From a bacterium (GTDB lineage: Bacteria; Babelota; Babeliae; Babelales; GCA-2401785): 64,000 nt of DNA. The position numbers and the translations under genes were made by a program. Positions 20,507 to 30,633 of the stretch are shown here, one piece after another. The stretch spans positions 6,011-70,010 of the forward strand of contig JAHFBP010000008.1 of the NCBI GenBank assembly GCA_023249975.1. Direction: 5' to 3'. Positions within the stretch are counted from its first letter, which is position 1. Every line of letters starts with the position of its first letter. The notes beneath the pieces were generated by a model. It did no database searches, was not told the DNA's origin, and saw only the letters and a list, made by a program, of their open reading frames with translations.

Positions 20507-20642
20507 GGGGGTATGGCTCAGTTGGTAGAGCGTCTGCCTTGCACCCGCCGACGTTAAAACTCGGGCGGGCACAGCGCAGAAGGCATCAGCGGCCTGTCCG
20601 CCGAAACTTTAGTGCAGGAGGGTTCGGAATCCTTTACTTGCA
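20507..20642 (+). pseudogene. Disrupted tRNA-Ala(TGC) copy with two hairpin insertions
   Basis: 5' part identical to 20835 copy up to the anticodon loop; ~31-nt insert there, ~30-nt insert in the T arm, decayed 3' acceptor strand without CCA. Confidence 0.85.
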
Positions 20643-20668
20643 TAAAAATTTGAAATTCATAAAATATG

Positions 20669-20745
20669 GGGCCTATAGCTCAGTTGGCTAGAGCACCCCG
20701 CTGATAACGGGGAGGTCAGTCGTTCGAGTCGACTTAGGCCCACCA
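20669..20745 (+). tRNA. tRNA-Ile(GAT)
   Basis: gggccta/taggccc acceptor stem, ctGATaa loop, TTCGA T loop, CCA end. Confidence 0.97.
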
Positions 20746-20834
20746 TTCTTTGCCTAATATTTCGTAGCTCTTTGGACTACGAAATACGGATGTTTAGGAT
20801 GGCAGGCCAGAAAATTGAAATGTTTAGTATTTTT

Positions 20835-20910
20835 GGGGGTATGGCTCAGTTGGTAGAGCGTCTGCCTTGCACGCAGAAGGTCAGCGGTTCGAATCCGCTT
20901 ACCTCCACCA
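20835..20910 (+). tRNA. tRNA-Ala(TGC)
   Basis: Full cloverleaf, tctgc-ctTGCac-gcaga anticodon arm, CCA end. Confidence 0.97.
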
Positions 20911-20925
20911 TTTTTTAATGTAAGT

Positions 20926-21168
20926 ATGTTTTACGTATATCTTCTTCAATCTCAAACTCATCTCGATCAAAATTACATTGGTTTTACAAGTGATTTTAAA
21001 AAGAGATTATTAGAGCATAATAATGGAAACGTAACTCATACTGCAAAATACAAACCTTGGAAGCTTATTTCATGTATTGCTGTAGACAATAAAGAAAAAG
21101 CTATCAGCTTAGAAAAATTTCTTAAGTCTGGATCTGGCAGATTATTTATGAATAAATATTTAAAATAG
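20926..21168 (+). CDS. Small stand-alone GIY-YIG nuclease family protein
   Basis: YVYLLQS...YIGFT...RL.EHN.G...T.KYKPW...A..LEK.LKSGSG. Confidence 0.9.
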   Translation: MFYVYLLQSQTHLDQNYIGFTSDFKKRLLEHNNGNVTHTAKYKPWKLISCIAVDNKEKAISLEKFLKSGSGRLFMNKYLK

Positions 21169-21187
21169 TGAAAATTTATAAAAATTT

Positions 21188-21301
21188 CTTGGTGGTGTTG
21201 GTAATGTGGATACACCCGTTCCCATCCCGAATACGGAAGTGAAATATGTTACGCTGACGATACTTGACTGGAGACGGTCTGGAAAAATAGGTACTGCCAA
21301 G
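21188..21301 (+). rRNA. rrf: 5S rRNA
   Basis: cttggtgg/ctgccaag terminal helix, cacccgttcccatcccgaatacggaagtgaa loop C motif, 114 nt. Confidence 0.93.
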
Positions 21302-21310
21302 TTTTATTTA

Positions 21311-21347
21311 AAAGGCACGAGCATTAATTTGTTCGTGCCTTTTTTTA
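21311..21347 (+). terminator. Intrinsic terminator after 5S
   Basis: aaaggcacgagca-loop-tgttcgtgccttt followed by T run. Confidence 0.88.
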
Positions 21348-21443
21348 TTTTCATCATTAAAAATGATTTTTAATAATCCCAAAAAAAGAGGCCACAGCGA
21401 TTGCCATGGCCCCATACAAGAATAAATAGATATAAAATTGATA

Positions 21444-23561
21444 TTAAACGTAGGACAAGAATCCGTACGTATCAATCGTAGCACCAGCCATCACTTCCAC
21501 GTTCATAGTACTACTGAGTGTAATACCAAATCCGGCATTTAGCGCGGCATTGGAGAAGGTTACCTTATCATCGATAACCAAGATACCTGTTGAAAGTGAA
21601 AGACCTGTGGTGGTTGAATTGAGTGTACATCCGTTGAGGTACAAACGTGAACTTGTGTCAGACATCACCAAGTGAGTTCGACGAGTTCCCACGGTTGCAT
21701 CTTGAGATTCATAGCTGAAAATGGTATCGCGATCAAACATCAACGTTGCTTCGGTTGCGATATTCATGTTGTTTGGCGATCTCCAATGGAATGTGCTGCC
21801 AGGACCAGCCACACATACACGACTGTCAAAGGTATACACACCAGAACTTGCAGTGTAATCAGATGTCATTACCAATTCTGAATTTTCAAATTCAATGATT
21901 GATGTTGCACTGGTTCCACGAAGCACGTTAATGTCAGCTGCTGTTGTACTATTTAAGTTACCAACACGTGTGTTTTGTATTTGCAAGGTGGTTGATGGAT
22001 TGACCAAAATTGCATACTGACTGATAAGATTCATAACGTTGCCCTTACCTGAAATGCGCGATGTTCCACCATTGAAGGTCCACGTCATGTTCACATCAAT
22101 ATCGGTACCCAATTCTATTGTAGTACTTGCCCCAAAAATAAGCTTTGATGCTGCACCCAAAGAGAAATGCTGTGGTTGCAAGTCTTTCAGAACAATATCA
22201 GTAAATACACCGGTCTTGCCTGCAGCAATATTTATCACCGCATTTTGATGACGTGGAAGTTGGATGTAATAACCATTTCCAACAACGTTAATGGTATTAA
22301 TATTCAAGGCGCCGTTAAGATTCAATTTACGCGTATCACTCAACATTTCATTACGCACAAGATTGTAGGTGGTAACGGTAATAGTAAGATCCCCACCACT
22401 GAGTGAAGCGGCTGCAGCACTTGGACGAATGAGACCCCCGTTGAGCAAGTTAACACTCGGAGCAACCGAGATATCATTTGAAGGATACGGCTGAATATTT
22501 TGAATATCTGGAGTGTTAAGTGCATCATAATAAAGCACAACTTTATCAACCGACAAGGTTGCAAGCAGAGCAAATTGAACAGTATTTCCACCCGTTATAA
22601 AGTTGCAATGATCACCGTTAACATAGATTTTTCCATTGGTAATCGTCATCGAGTTGTCAAATTCTAAGGTTGCATTTTCCAAGCTCAACGTTGAATTTTG
22701 ATCTTCAAACAAGAACCACCCGCCAGCAGCACCAAGCCCTGTGATGTGAACGTCAGTCAATGCAAGACCATGCCCTGACCGAATCCACAATGTAGCACCA
22801 CCACTCATATCAAGAATGTTGCCGTTTCCATTAAGCGTTGAATCTCCATTTGCAGGACCAAAGACCCAGGTGCTGGTTAAAATTGTTTTTGCATGAAGTT
22901 GAATATCAGTCGCATCATCCATGAAAAGCTGTGTTGACCACGTTGACTGTCTTCCTGGTAAATTAAATGAATTATTATTAAATTTCACTCTTCCAGGTCC
23001 GGTGATCACCGCGCTATCTTGGAGCCTTAAGGTATCATTGAGCGTAATAAAACCACTATTGAGAACAATGCTTTGATTCAAAGCACACTGCAGATTCAAC
23101 TGCAATTCACTCGTTGAATTTGAAACAGTTATGGTATTACTAAATGTTGCTTGTCCATCAATCACGTTACCCGTATTGATCGCAAGAATCGCTGGCAAAA
23201 ACAAACCTGTCTCAGCACGCAAACGAGCACTTCCTGGCATGATCAAAGTTTGTGTTGTTCCAAATGAATACGCCACATTATTAGCAAGAGCCTTCAGTTC
23301 ATTACCAAGCGCACCACTTTCAATATTTGCATCAATAAAGGTAATATTAGTTCCCTGCAGACATTGAGTCCCTGCATTAAGCGCCTGCAAGGTTCCGGTA
23401 AATGATGGAATTGGCGTTGTAACCACAAATGCTGATGACGTATCCATGAATCTCAACCGAGAATCACGACTTGAAAAACTAAATGCTGCTTGTGAATTTT
23501 GAGCATACCCACACAAAAGTATTGATGCTACAAAAAAGCATCTCGTTAAAAATTGATTCAT
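21444..23561 (-). CDS. Exported beta-solenoid-like repeat protein, paralog A
   Basis: Signal peptide then FSFSSRDSRLRFM; Thr/Ser/Asn/Gly-rich beta repeats; blocks shared with the two upstream genes. Confidence 0.75.
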   Translation of the reverse strand: MNQFLTRCFFVASILLCGYAQNSQAAFSFSSRDSRLRFMDTSSAFVVTTPIPSFTGTLQALNAGTQCLQGTNITFIDANIESGALGNELKALANNVAYSFGTTQTLIMPGSARLRAETGLFLPAILAINTGNVIDGQATFSNTITVSNSTSELQLNLQCALNQSIVLNSGFITLNDTLRLQDSAVITGPGRVKFNNNSFNLPGRQSTWSTQLFMDDATDIQLHAKTILTSTWVFGPANGDSTLNGNGNILDMSGGATLWIRSGHGLALTDVHITGLGAAGGWFLFEDQNSTLSLENATLEFDNSMTITNGKIYVNGDHCNFITGGNTVQFALLATLSVDKVVLYYDALNTPDIQNIQPYPSNDISVAPSVNLLNGGLIRPSAAAASLSGGDLTITVTTYNLVRNEMLSDTRKLNLNGALNINTINVVGNGYYIQLPRHQNAVINIAAGKTGVFTDIVLKDLQPQHFSLGAASKLIFGASTTIELGTDIDVNMTWTFNGGTSRISGKGNVMNLISQYAILVNPSTTLQIQNTRVGNLNSTTAADINVLRGTSATSIIEFENSELVMTSDYTASSGVYTFDSRVCVAGPGSTFHWRSPNNMNIATEATLMFDRDTIFSYESQDATVGTRRTHLVMSDTSSRLYLNGCTLNSTTTGLSLSTGILVIDDKVTFSNAALNAGFGITLSSTMNVEVMAGATIDTYGFLSYV

Positions 23562-23701
23562 TATATCGCTCCCTAAGAGTTACCATACCCCTTTTTCTCT
23601 GATTTTTTCACGCTAGCTACCATACCCTCGTGGAAAAACCAGACCCTACTCCCCACCCTCCATATAAACCATCGTCTTCATCCGAAGATAGAGAGATCAG
23701 A

Positions 23702-23782
23702 CAAAAAAAAACAAGAAATAAGAAAGGGGAGCGAATGCTCCCCTCTGATAGTGCCCATGCCTGGGCGTATGGTATGGTAAGT
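23702..23782 (-). ncRNA. Candidate 3'UTR/sRNA element: anti-leader segment, GCCCA/TGGGC hairpin, terminator
   Basis: Minus strand cttaccataccatac-gcccaggcatgggc-...aggggagc attc gctcccct + U tract; complementary to ggtatggta sites at 23580 and 23618. Confidence 0.45.
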
Positions 23783-23786
23783 TGTA

Positions 23787-25901
23787 TTATAGGTAGGTCA
23801 AGAAGCCCTGAACGTCGATGGTGGCACCCGCCAACACCTCTACGTCCATGCCATTGTCAAAGAAGTTTCCAAATGTGCTGATAGGGCTTTGGTTTTCGAC
23901 CGTTACCTTGTCATCAATAACCAATACCCCTGTTTGCAGTTTAAGACCTGTTGTCGTTGAATCAAGGGTACATCCATTGAGATATAAACGAGAAGTGGTA
24001 TCTGCCATAATTACGTGATCTCTGTTGGTTACCGTTGAAGTGTCGGCTGATTCATAACTAAAGATAGTCTCACGGTCGAACATCAAAGTTGCCTGACTAT
24101 TAATTGTCATGTCTTTTGATGACTTCCAACGCCATTTGTGCCCAGATCCCTCAATTTTAACATTTTGATCAAAGTCAAAGTATCCAGAACTGAAGGTGAA
24201 GTCTTCTGACATCACAAATTGTGAATTTGCAGCTTCAATTCTTGATGTTGCGCTTGTTGCACGCAAACGACTGATATCAGCAGCGGTATTTCCACCAACA
24301 CCAGTAACGCGCGTATCTTGAATTTGCAAAGTAGTTGATGGGTTGACAAGAATAGCGTACTGATTGGAAAGGTTCATATCGTTACCTTTACCATAAATAC
24401 GTGATGTTCCGCCATTGAAAGTCCATGACATGTTTACATCAATATCAGTGCCAAGTTCAATCGAGGTTGATGCCCCAAAAATTAATTTAGATCCAGTTCC
24501 CAAAGCAAAATGTTGTGGTTGAAGATCACGTAGCACCACATTGGTAAAGACGGCTGTTATATTATTGGCAATATTAATTACAGGACTTGTTGTTCGTGGA
24601 AGTTGGAAATGGTAGCCTGCGCCATTAATGGTAACCGTGCTGACTGTTGGATAATTTCCTGTAACTTGCAAAACACGATTATTCCCAAGGTCTTCGTTAT
24701 TCAAAAGAGTATAAGTTGAAACAAGAAGAGTAATATCCCCTCCATGACCATCACCTGTTGAAAGACCAGGACGTATCAACCCACCATTAACCAAATTAAC
24801 ATTTGGAGCTGAATTATTAGTATTATCATTGGTTGGATATGGCAATATATTATTAATATCTGGGGATTGAAGAGGTCCATAGTACAAAACTACATTATCA
24901 ACAGACAAGGTTCCCAACAATGAAAATTGTAAAAGTTTGTCCGATGTAATGATATTACAATTGTCTCCATTGACATAAACCATGCCCGTAGTAATCGTCA
25001 AATTGGATTCTAGCTGCCAACTGGTATTACTCAATGATACCGTTGAATTTTGGTCTTCAAATAAAATCCATCCATAACCCATACCTAGTCCCTTGATATG
25101 AAGATCATTCATCGCAAGTCCATGACCAGATCGAATCCAAAGAGTAGCACCAGAGCTCATATCAAGAGCATAACCATTGCCATTGATCTGTGACGTACCA
25201 TTAGCTGGGCCGAACACCCATGTCGTATTCAAAGTGAGGTCTGAATGAAGTTCAATATCATTTGGATTATCCATGTACAAGAATGTGTTCCATGTTGATT
25301 TTAGTCCTGGAAAATGAAGTGTATTGTTATTAAATTTAATACGACCTACTCCAGTAATTTGAACACCATCTTGAAGATGCAGTGAATCTACCAAGGTAAT
25401 GTATCCACCATTGAGTGTAATATTCTGATTCAATTGATTTTGAATACTCAATTGTAATTCAGTATTCGAATCGGTGAGAACTAAAGAGCTAGTAAATTGT
25501 GGTTGGCCAGAAATCAAGTTGCCCAAACCACTGGCCGTAATACTGGTCAAGACAGTGCCAGTATCACAACGTAAAGAGTTATTACCCAAAAGCTTTATGG
25601 TATCTGCACCTGTTGGATCATACTGGGCCGTCATAAGTGCATTGAGAGTCCCACTTTCAAGAAAACCATTATTAAATGTAATAGTTGAACCTTGAACACG
25701 GCTGACCGCATCATCCGCAACTTGTAATGTCCCGTCATATCCTGTAATTGCAGTATTGACCACAAATTTGGCTGTTGAATCCATGAATCTCAAACGAGAA
25801 TCTGGACTTGAAAAACTGAAAGCTGCCTGAACTGATTGCGTCAAAAGACAAAGACTTAGTATTGCAAGGGCACAGCGCCCCCCCAAATGACTCTTAGTCA
25901 T
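23787..25901 (-). CDS. Exported beta-solenoid-like repeat protein, paralog B
   Basis: AGGAGA RBS before ATG 25901; FSFSSPDSRLRFM; GATLWIRSGHGLA; highly similar to paralog A. Confidence 0.75.
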   Translation of the reverse strand: MTKSHLGGRCALAILSLCLLTQSVQAAFSFSSPDSRLRFMDSTAKFVVNTAITGYDGTLQVADDAVSRVQGSTITFNNGFLESGTLNALMTAQYDPTGADTIKLLGNNSLRCDTGTVLTSITASGLGNLISGQPQFTSSLVLTDSNTELQLSIQNQLNQNITLNGGYITLVDSLHLQDGVQITGVGRIKFNNNTLHFPGLKSTWNTFLYMDNPNDIELHSDLTLNTTWVFGPANGTSQINGNGYALDMSSGATLWIRSGHGLAMNDLHIKGLGMGYGWILFEDQNSTVSLSNTSWQLESNLTITTGMVYVNGDNCNIITSDKLLQFSLLGTLSVDNVVLYYGPLQSPDINNILPYPTNDNTNNSAPNVNLVNGGLIRPGLSTGDGHGGDITLLVSTYTLLNNEDLGNNRVLQVTGNYPTVSTVTINGAGYHFQLPRTTSPVINIANNITAVFTNVVLRDLQPQHFALGTGSKLIFGASTSIELGTDIDVNMSWTFNGGTSRIYGKGNDMNLSNQYAILVNPSTTLQIQDTRVTGVGGNTAADISRLRATSATSRIEAANSQFVMSEDFTFSSGYFDFDQNVKIEGSGHKWRWKSSKDMTINSQATLMFDRETIFSYESADTSTVTNRDHVIMADTTSRLYLNGCTLDSTTTGLKLQTGVLVIDDKVTVENQSPISTFGNFFDNGMDVEVLAGATIDVQGFLTYL

Positions 25902-26387
25902 CCTTACGTCTCCTAGATTTTCACACCACACACCACACAACTCAAATATTAAAAAATGCTGACACATTCACACAATGCGCGTTACATTTTTAATGAGCAA
26001 CGAGTAACCTCGCTTTCCCAAAAAACCAAGCATTTTCCATTACTGCCTATATTAAAGGTCCCGTTTTATGAAAATCAATAAAACCCCCGATCTGTTTTTT
26101 TATTTTTTCAAAAAAACACCCAAAGAGTTGACTCAATCGGCACTCTCATCAAAACTCCAAAAATTTCCTGATTTCTCAATAGAAAAATTAATTAAAAAAC
26201 ACTGAATACAGCTCGTTAATACAATACGACACTTGTGACACATTCTGGATTTTTAATGAGAGAATATTGCTATCTGAATTGCGCAAGCATTGAAAAAAAA
26301 GTGAAATATTATTGTTTTTTTAGAAAAACAAAGCCTTTGATTAATTTGATAGTAAATTAACTTTATGGCTTAGTATAAGATTTTTTT

Positions 26388-26452
26388 AAAAAGGGAGGAG
26401 TGTGAATCCTCCCTCAAGCGCCCATGTGTGTGGGCATGTGGTGTGAAAACCT
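26388..26452 (-). ncRNA. Candidate ~65-nt antisense small RNA with its own promoter and terminator
   Basis: TTGACG-N17-TATTTT (26486-26458), then aggttttcacaccacat-gcccacacacatgggc-...agggagg/cctccct-tttt; complementary to the leader at 25915-25941. Confidence 0.5.
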
Positions 26453-26502
26453 TTGCAAAAATATGCTAATAAATTCTGAACGTCAAGTAACCCAAACCGT
26501 CT

Positions 26503-28575
26503 TCAACTTTCCGCCAACTCTCCATCAAGTTCTAAGATGGCTCCGCCCAGAAGATCGACAACAAGATGAGGGTAAAATTCTTGTGCTTCGGCCAGATTAC
26601 GTGCTTCATTTTTAAAGATCACTAAGTTTTCAATCACAACAATTCCTGTATCAAATCGAGCACCCGTATGCGTTGAATAAAACGTAGAACCGTCAAGCCA
26701 CAAACGTGATGATGGATCTTGAAATACAAACTGGGCCTTAGGGTCAACCGGATTTTGTGAGTCATAACTAAAGGTAAAATATCGATCAAAACGCAAGGTT
26801 GAATCAGTCAAAATTGTTAATGGATTTGGTGACGTGTATGCAAAAATCTGCTCAAACCCCTCCCATGTAACATCTCCACGAATATCAATTGCTCCAATGG
26901 TGAATGAATAATTTTCAGAAAGAGTAAGACTTCCATTATTCATTTCAATTTTTGAATCTTGTCCTAAGCAATGCAATCGATTTTGTCCAATGCCGGTAAG
27001 GTTTGTTTCTTCAATTTGAAGTGTTGTATTTCTCCACACTGCAATAGCATTCTGATCCAATGCAAGTTCAGCATTACGACCCGAAATTCGTGACGTTCCA
27101 CCAGAGAAAGTCCATGTTTGAGACAACTCTTCATTTTGGGCCAATTCAATCTGAGTCGACCCCCCAAAAATAAGCGTTGATCCTGCCCCCAGGCTCACGT
27201 GAGATGCTGAAAAATCTCGTAGTACTAGATTTTGTATAATAACATGCTTGCCATTTGCAACTTGAATAACAGGAATATGTTGTCGAGGAAATTGAATGAG
27301 AAAACCATTGCCATCAAGCGTAATGTTATTAATAGTTGGTGTTCCCACAAACTCCAAAATTCTATTAATCCCTAATTCTAGGCTCGCATTCAGCTGATAA
27401 TTATCAACAATAATAACTAATGGAGACGCTGAGACCGATGATGTTGGTCGAATCAGGCCGCCATTAAGAAAATTCACATGAACCCCATCGGGAACTCCTC
27501 CAACAGGAAAAGGAACAATGTTTTGTCGATCAAGGAAGGTAAGCGTCTCATACGTCAAAGCAACCCCATCAACCGATAAAGTAGCCATCTGAGCAAATCT
27601 CAAAAGATTATTACTGGTAATGATGTTACAACTCGAGCCTTTAACATACACAATGCCGCTGCTAAATGTGTAATCAGTATCAAGCTGCAATGTGCAATTA
27701 TTAAGCGTTAACGTTGAATTATTATCTTCCATCAAAATATAACCACCGGTACCACCTAAACCTTTTATCGTAATATCACTGAGTGCAAGTCCATGCCCTG
27801 AACGAACCCACAAGGTGGCGCCACCACTCATATCAAGAATGTGCGCATTTCCATTGAGAACAGATGTTCCATCATTCGGTCCAAAAACCCATGTTCCGGT
27901 CAAAACAATATCGGATTGCATTTCAAGGCTATCAGCACTCTGAAAATACAACGTGCTTGCCCATGTGCTATTCTGAGCAGGTAACGACAATGAATGACTA
28001 TCGCAGTCGACAACCCCTGTTCCAAGAAACAACACTCCATCACCAAGATTCAGTGCATCATCCAAAATAATTGACCCATTATTCAAAATCACGCTATTAC
28101 TCAAATCTTCTTGTAGCGCAAACCGTACCGACGAATTACTGTCGGTCAAAACTAATGAACTGGTAAATCGCGGCTGCCCTTCAATACTATTACCCGAACC
28201 TGAAATAACAATTGATGGTAAAACTGTTCCAGGTTCACATCGCAATCGATTGCCACCCTGTAATCTGATGGTATCGGCACCTGTCGGATCATATTGCCCT
28301 GAGATAAGAGCGTGAACCGTTCCGCTTTCCAGTCGGCCATCATCAAATCCAATCGATGATCCCTGAATACGATTAACATTGGCATCGAAGACCTCCAAAG
28401 TACCTGAATAACCCGTCATCGCCGTATTAAGAATAAGTTGTGAAGTTGGTTGCATCAGTCGAATACGAGAATCACGACTGGAGAACGAAAACGTTGCCTG
28501 CAACGACTGAAACCCACAAAAAACACTCAAAATGATAAAAAACGAACGAATTGCACGAAAATTATATGTGCACAT
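26503..28575 (-). CDS. Exported beta-solenoid-like repeat protein, paralog C
   Basis: FSFSSRDSRIRLM, YDPTGADTI, GGATLWVRSGHGLA shared with paralogs A/B. Confidence 0.75.
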   Translation of the reverse strand: MCTYNFRAIRSFFIILSVFCGFQSLQATFSFSSRDSRIRLMQPTSQLILNTAMTGYSGTLEVFDANVNRIQGSSIGFDDGRLESGTVHALISGQYDPTGADTIRLQGGNRLRCEPGTVLPSIVISGSGNSIEGQPRFTSSLVLTDSNSSVRFALQEDLSNSVILNNGSIILDDALNLGDGVLFLGTGVVDCDSHSLSLPAQNSTWASTLYFQSADSLEMQSDIVLTGTWVFGPNDGTSVLNGNAHILDMSGGATLWVRSGHGLALSDITIKGLGGTGGYILMEDNNSTLTLNNCTLQLDTDYTFSSGIVYVKGSSCNIITSNNLLRFAQMATLSVDGVALTYETLTFLDRQNIVPFPVGGVPDGVHVNFLNGGLIRPTSSVSASPLVIIVDNYQLNASLELGINRILEFVGTPTINNITLDGNGFLIQFPRQHIPVIQVANGKHVIIQNLVLRDFSASHVSLGAGSTLIFGGSTQIELAQNEELSQTWTFSGGTSRISGRNAELALDQNAIAVWRNTTLQIEETNLTGIGQNRLHCLGQDSKIEMNNGSLTLSENYSFTIGAIDIRGDVTWEGFEQIFAYTSPNPLTILTDSTLRFDRYFTFSYDSQNPVDPKAQFVFQDPSSRLWLDGSTFYSTHTGARFDTGIVVIENLVIFKNEARNLAEAQEFYPHLVVDLLGGAILELDGELAES

Positions 28576-28847
28576 AACCCCCCTCCCCCAAAAAAGCCTT
28601 AGGCTCTACTCTTTTTATGAACAACTTTTCAGCTATTCATAAATTTATGGTAGCCAAAAAAATGGGGGTAGATCAATAATAATAGTTAATTTTGAAATAT
28701 TCACACCGAATTACCGGACAGTCATTTCAGATTGAAACGCAATCGAGGGGGATTAGAATTGTTCAACTTCGCGGTATGGAAGGTAATGACATCAAATACA
28801 GGTACCGACATGACAGCTGAAAGCTTATCAAACTAAGAACTTAATTT

Positions 28848-28896
28848 TCGGAGGCTGTGCTTTATCAAAAAAACCTCAGCCTCCGAATTGTTTTTT
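28848..28896. terminator. Probable terminator hairpin after the 28900 ORF
   Basis: ttcggaggctg...cagcctccgaa stem with a large loop. Confidence 0.45.
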
Positions 28897-28899
28897 CAG

Positions 28900-30633
28900 C
28901 TATCTTCGACCAATCGGCCGATAATCAATATTTTCGCACATCGTAAAATGAGTTTCTGGCCCATATTCAAAGCGAGTGCCTATGGAAAAACAAATACGAG
29001 GTGAAAACACATGGAAGAAGAATGCTATCATTTTGGCCAAAAGAGGATGGTTTCGCGCAAGATTCATCGCAAATCCATCGGATCGATGCGAGTAAATATG
29101 CAAATCTCCAGTAGGAAACATAACGCCGTCACCACATCCAAGTGGACCTCCACGCGTGAACAACATGCAATCCCATAACACAAATCGTGCACCCTCGTTG
29201 TATTGAATGCGCCGAGGTTTTGTATACTCCACCACAACATCCTTAAAAACCAAGGTCGCACCCTCTTCAACAATAATGGGATGTCTATTTTTCAAGACAA
29301 TCTTTCCATTCGTGATTACTGTATTTTTAGTAATCCGAAACCCATTGTTGCGCTCACCAATCACCAAAGTATGCCCATCCAAATCTCTGACAACTTCAGC
29401 CTTCCAGCCATTTTCCCATGGCAATGGATTGGCATAATTACCACCAATTGCCTGCCTATCATCTTGATGATCGCTAATATCTACATCGCAGCTATCGCAA
29501 AGAGCCATTCGATTGGGAAACTTCTCAGAAGCAAGATATGAAGGTCGTGCAAGTTGTTCGGATGAAACAAAGGGGGCTTGGACATGCATGTACACATCGC
29601 TCACAACAGCCGCATCACGAGGACCCTCGTCACATACAGACAATTGAGGCATGCGGTCAAAGGTTCCATAGGAGCAAGGTTCATAGGAAAGAAGACTTTG
29701 ATTTTGATCATCTTCATAAGCTTGATCACATGCATAATGACGACCATCTCCATCACCATAGGCAGGTCCAGCATCTGCCAAAACAACATCTGGCAGATGT
29801 GAACATGGACTATTCATAAGCATTACATGCACACCAGGTGTAACCGACATCGGTATGGCCACGGTTAACTGATCAGTGATTGGCTTAAATGGAACAAGTG
29901 CACGCCCCCCCAAATCATGTGTCATTGCCCCAAATGGCACGCTGAACAATGCGCTGCTGAAACTGGCAGGTAATTGATCACCGCGTGACTCATCGGTAAA
30001 AGGACGCCCTCCAAGGCTTATCGATCGCCCTCGCACCGGAGAGGTTGGTACTTTTGGCTGTGGGGGCATATAGGCTATCGGCTGATTTCGCACAAATTGA
30101 CTACTGCTATCGGGGATTGATGGTCCTTTTGGTAATTCATTTTTTGGATATATCAATAGCGCCGGCATTGCAGCTTCAGGAATTGAAGGCTTTCGGGATG
30201 GCGCAACACTTCTTGGTGATGATGGATTTTCTGGTGAAGTGTCAGAAAGCGTTGTTTGGTACATTTTTGGCTTGCCGTCAGCCCCGATTGATCTTTTCAA
30301 TTCCTTAATTTCAGCTTGGCTCAAGAGAACTGGGGTCTCTAATACCTTCTGGGTATGAATGGCCGCCTCAAATTCTGACCATCCGCCATCATCTCCTGAG
30401 GCGAATTGAATGCCCTGCGAAGATTCTGAATCCGCAACACTAAAATTACTCAGGCCTGATTCTGATGATGCATCATTCCCTGATCCATCAAAATCAATAG
30501 AATGGCCTACAGACTCAACTTCTGGGTCAAGCATTTCCCAATCAGAATCTTCAAAGCCCCCAGGAATCACACATACAGATATCAAAAAAAAACTGCATAA
30601 AAAAATACTGACAAACCTTGCCTTAAGTACCAT
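28900..30633 (-). CDS. Hypothetical exported protein: disordered Ser/Pro-rich N-half, beta-rich C-terminal domain
   Basis: 577-aa ORF with hydrophobic N-terminus and low-complexity middle. Confidence 0.65.
   Translation of the reverse strand: MVLKARFVSIFLCSFFLISVCVIPGGFEDSDWEMLDPEVESVGHSIDFDGSGNDASSESGLSNFSVADSESSQGIQFASGDDGGWSEFEAAIHTQKVLETPVLLSQAEIKELKRSIGADGKPKMYQTTLSDTSPENPSSPRSVAPSRKPSIPEAAMPALLIYPKNELPKGPSIPDSSSQFVRNQPIAYMPPQPKVPTSPVRGRSISLGGRPFTDESRGDQLPASFSSALFSVPFGAMTHDLGGRALVPFKPITDQLTVAIPMSVTPGVHVMLMNSPCSHLPDVVLADAGPAYGDGDGRHYACDQAYEDDQNQSLLSYEPCSYGTFDRMPQLSVCDEGPRDAAVVSDVYMHVQAPFVSSEQLARPSYLASEKFPNRMALCDSCDVDISDHQDDRQAIGGNYANPLPWENGWKAEVVRDLDGHTLVIGERNNGFRITKNTVITNGKIVLKNRHPIIVEEGATLVFKDVVVEYTKPRRIQYNEGARFVLWDCMLFTRGGPLGCGDGVMFPTGDLHIYSHRSDGFAMNLARNHPLLAKMIAFFFHVFSPRICFSIGTRFEYGPETHFTMCENIDYRPIGRR

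Noticed and set aside
20507-20642. Functional intron-containing tRNA-Ala
   Set aside because: Even with both inserts removed, the T stem and 3' acceptor strand are degenerate and there is no CCA.
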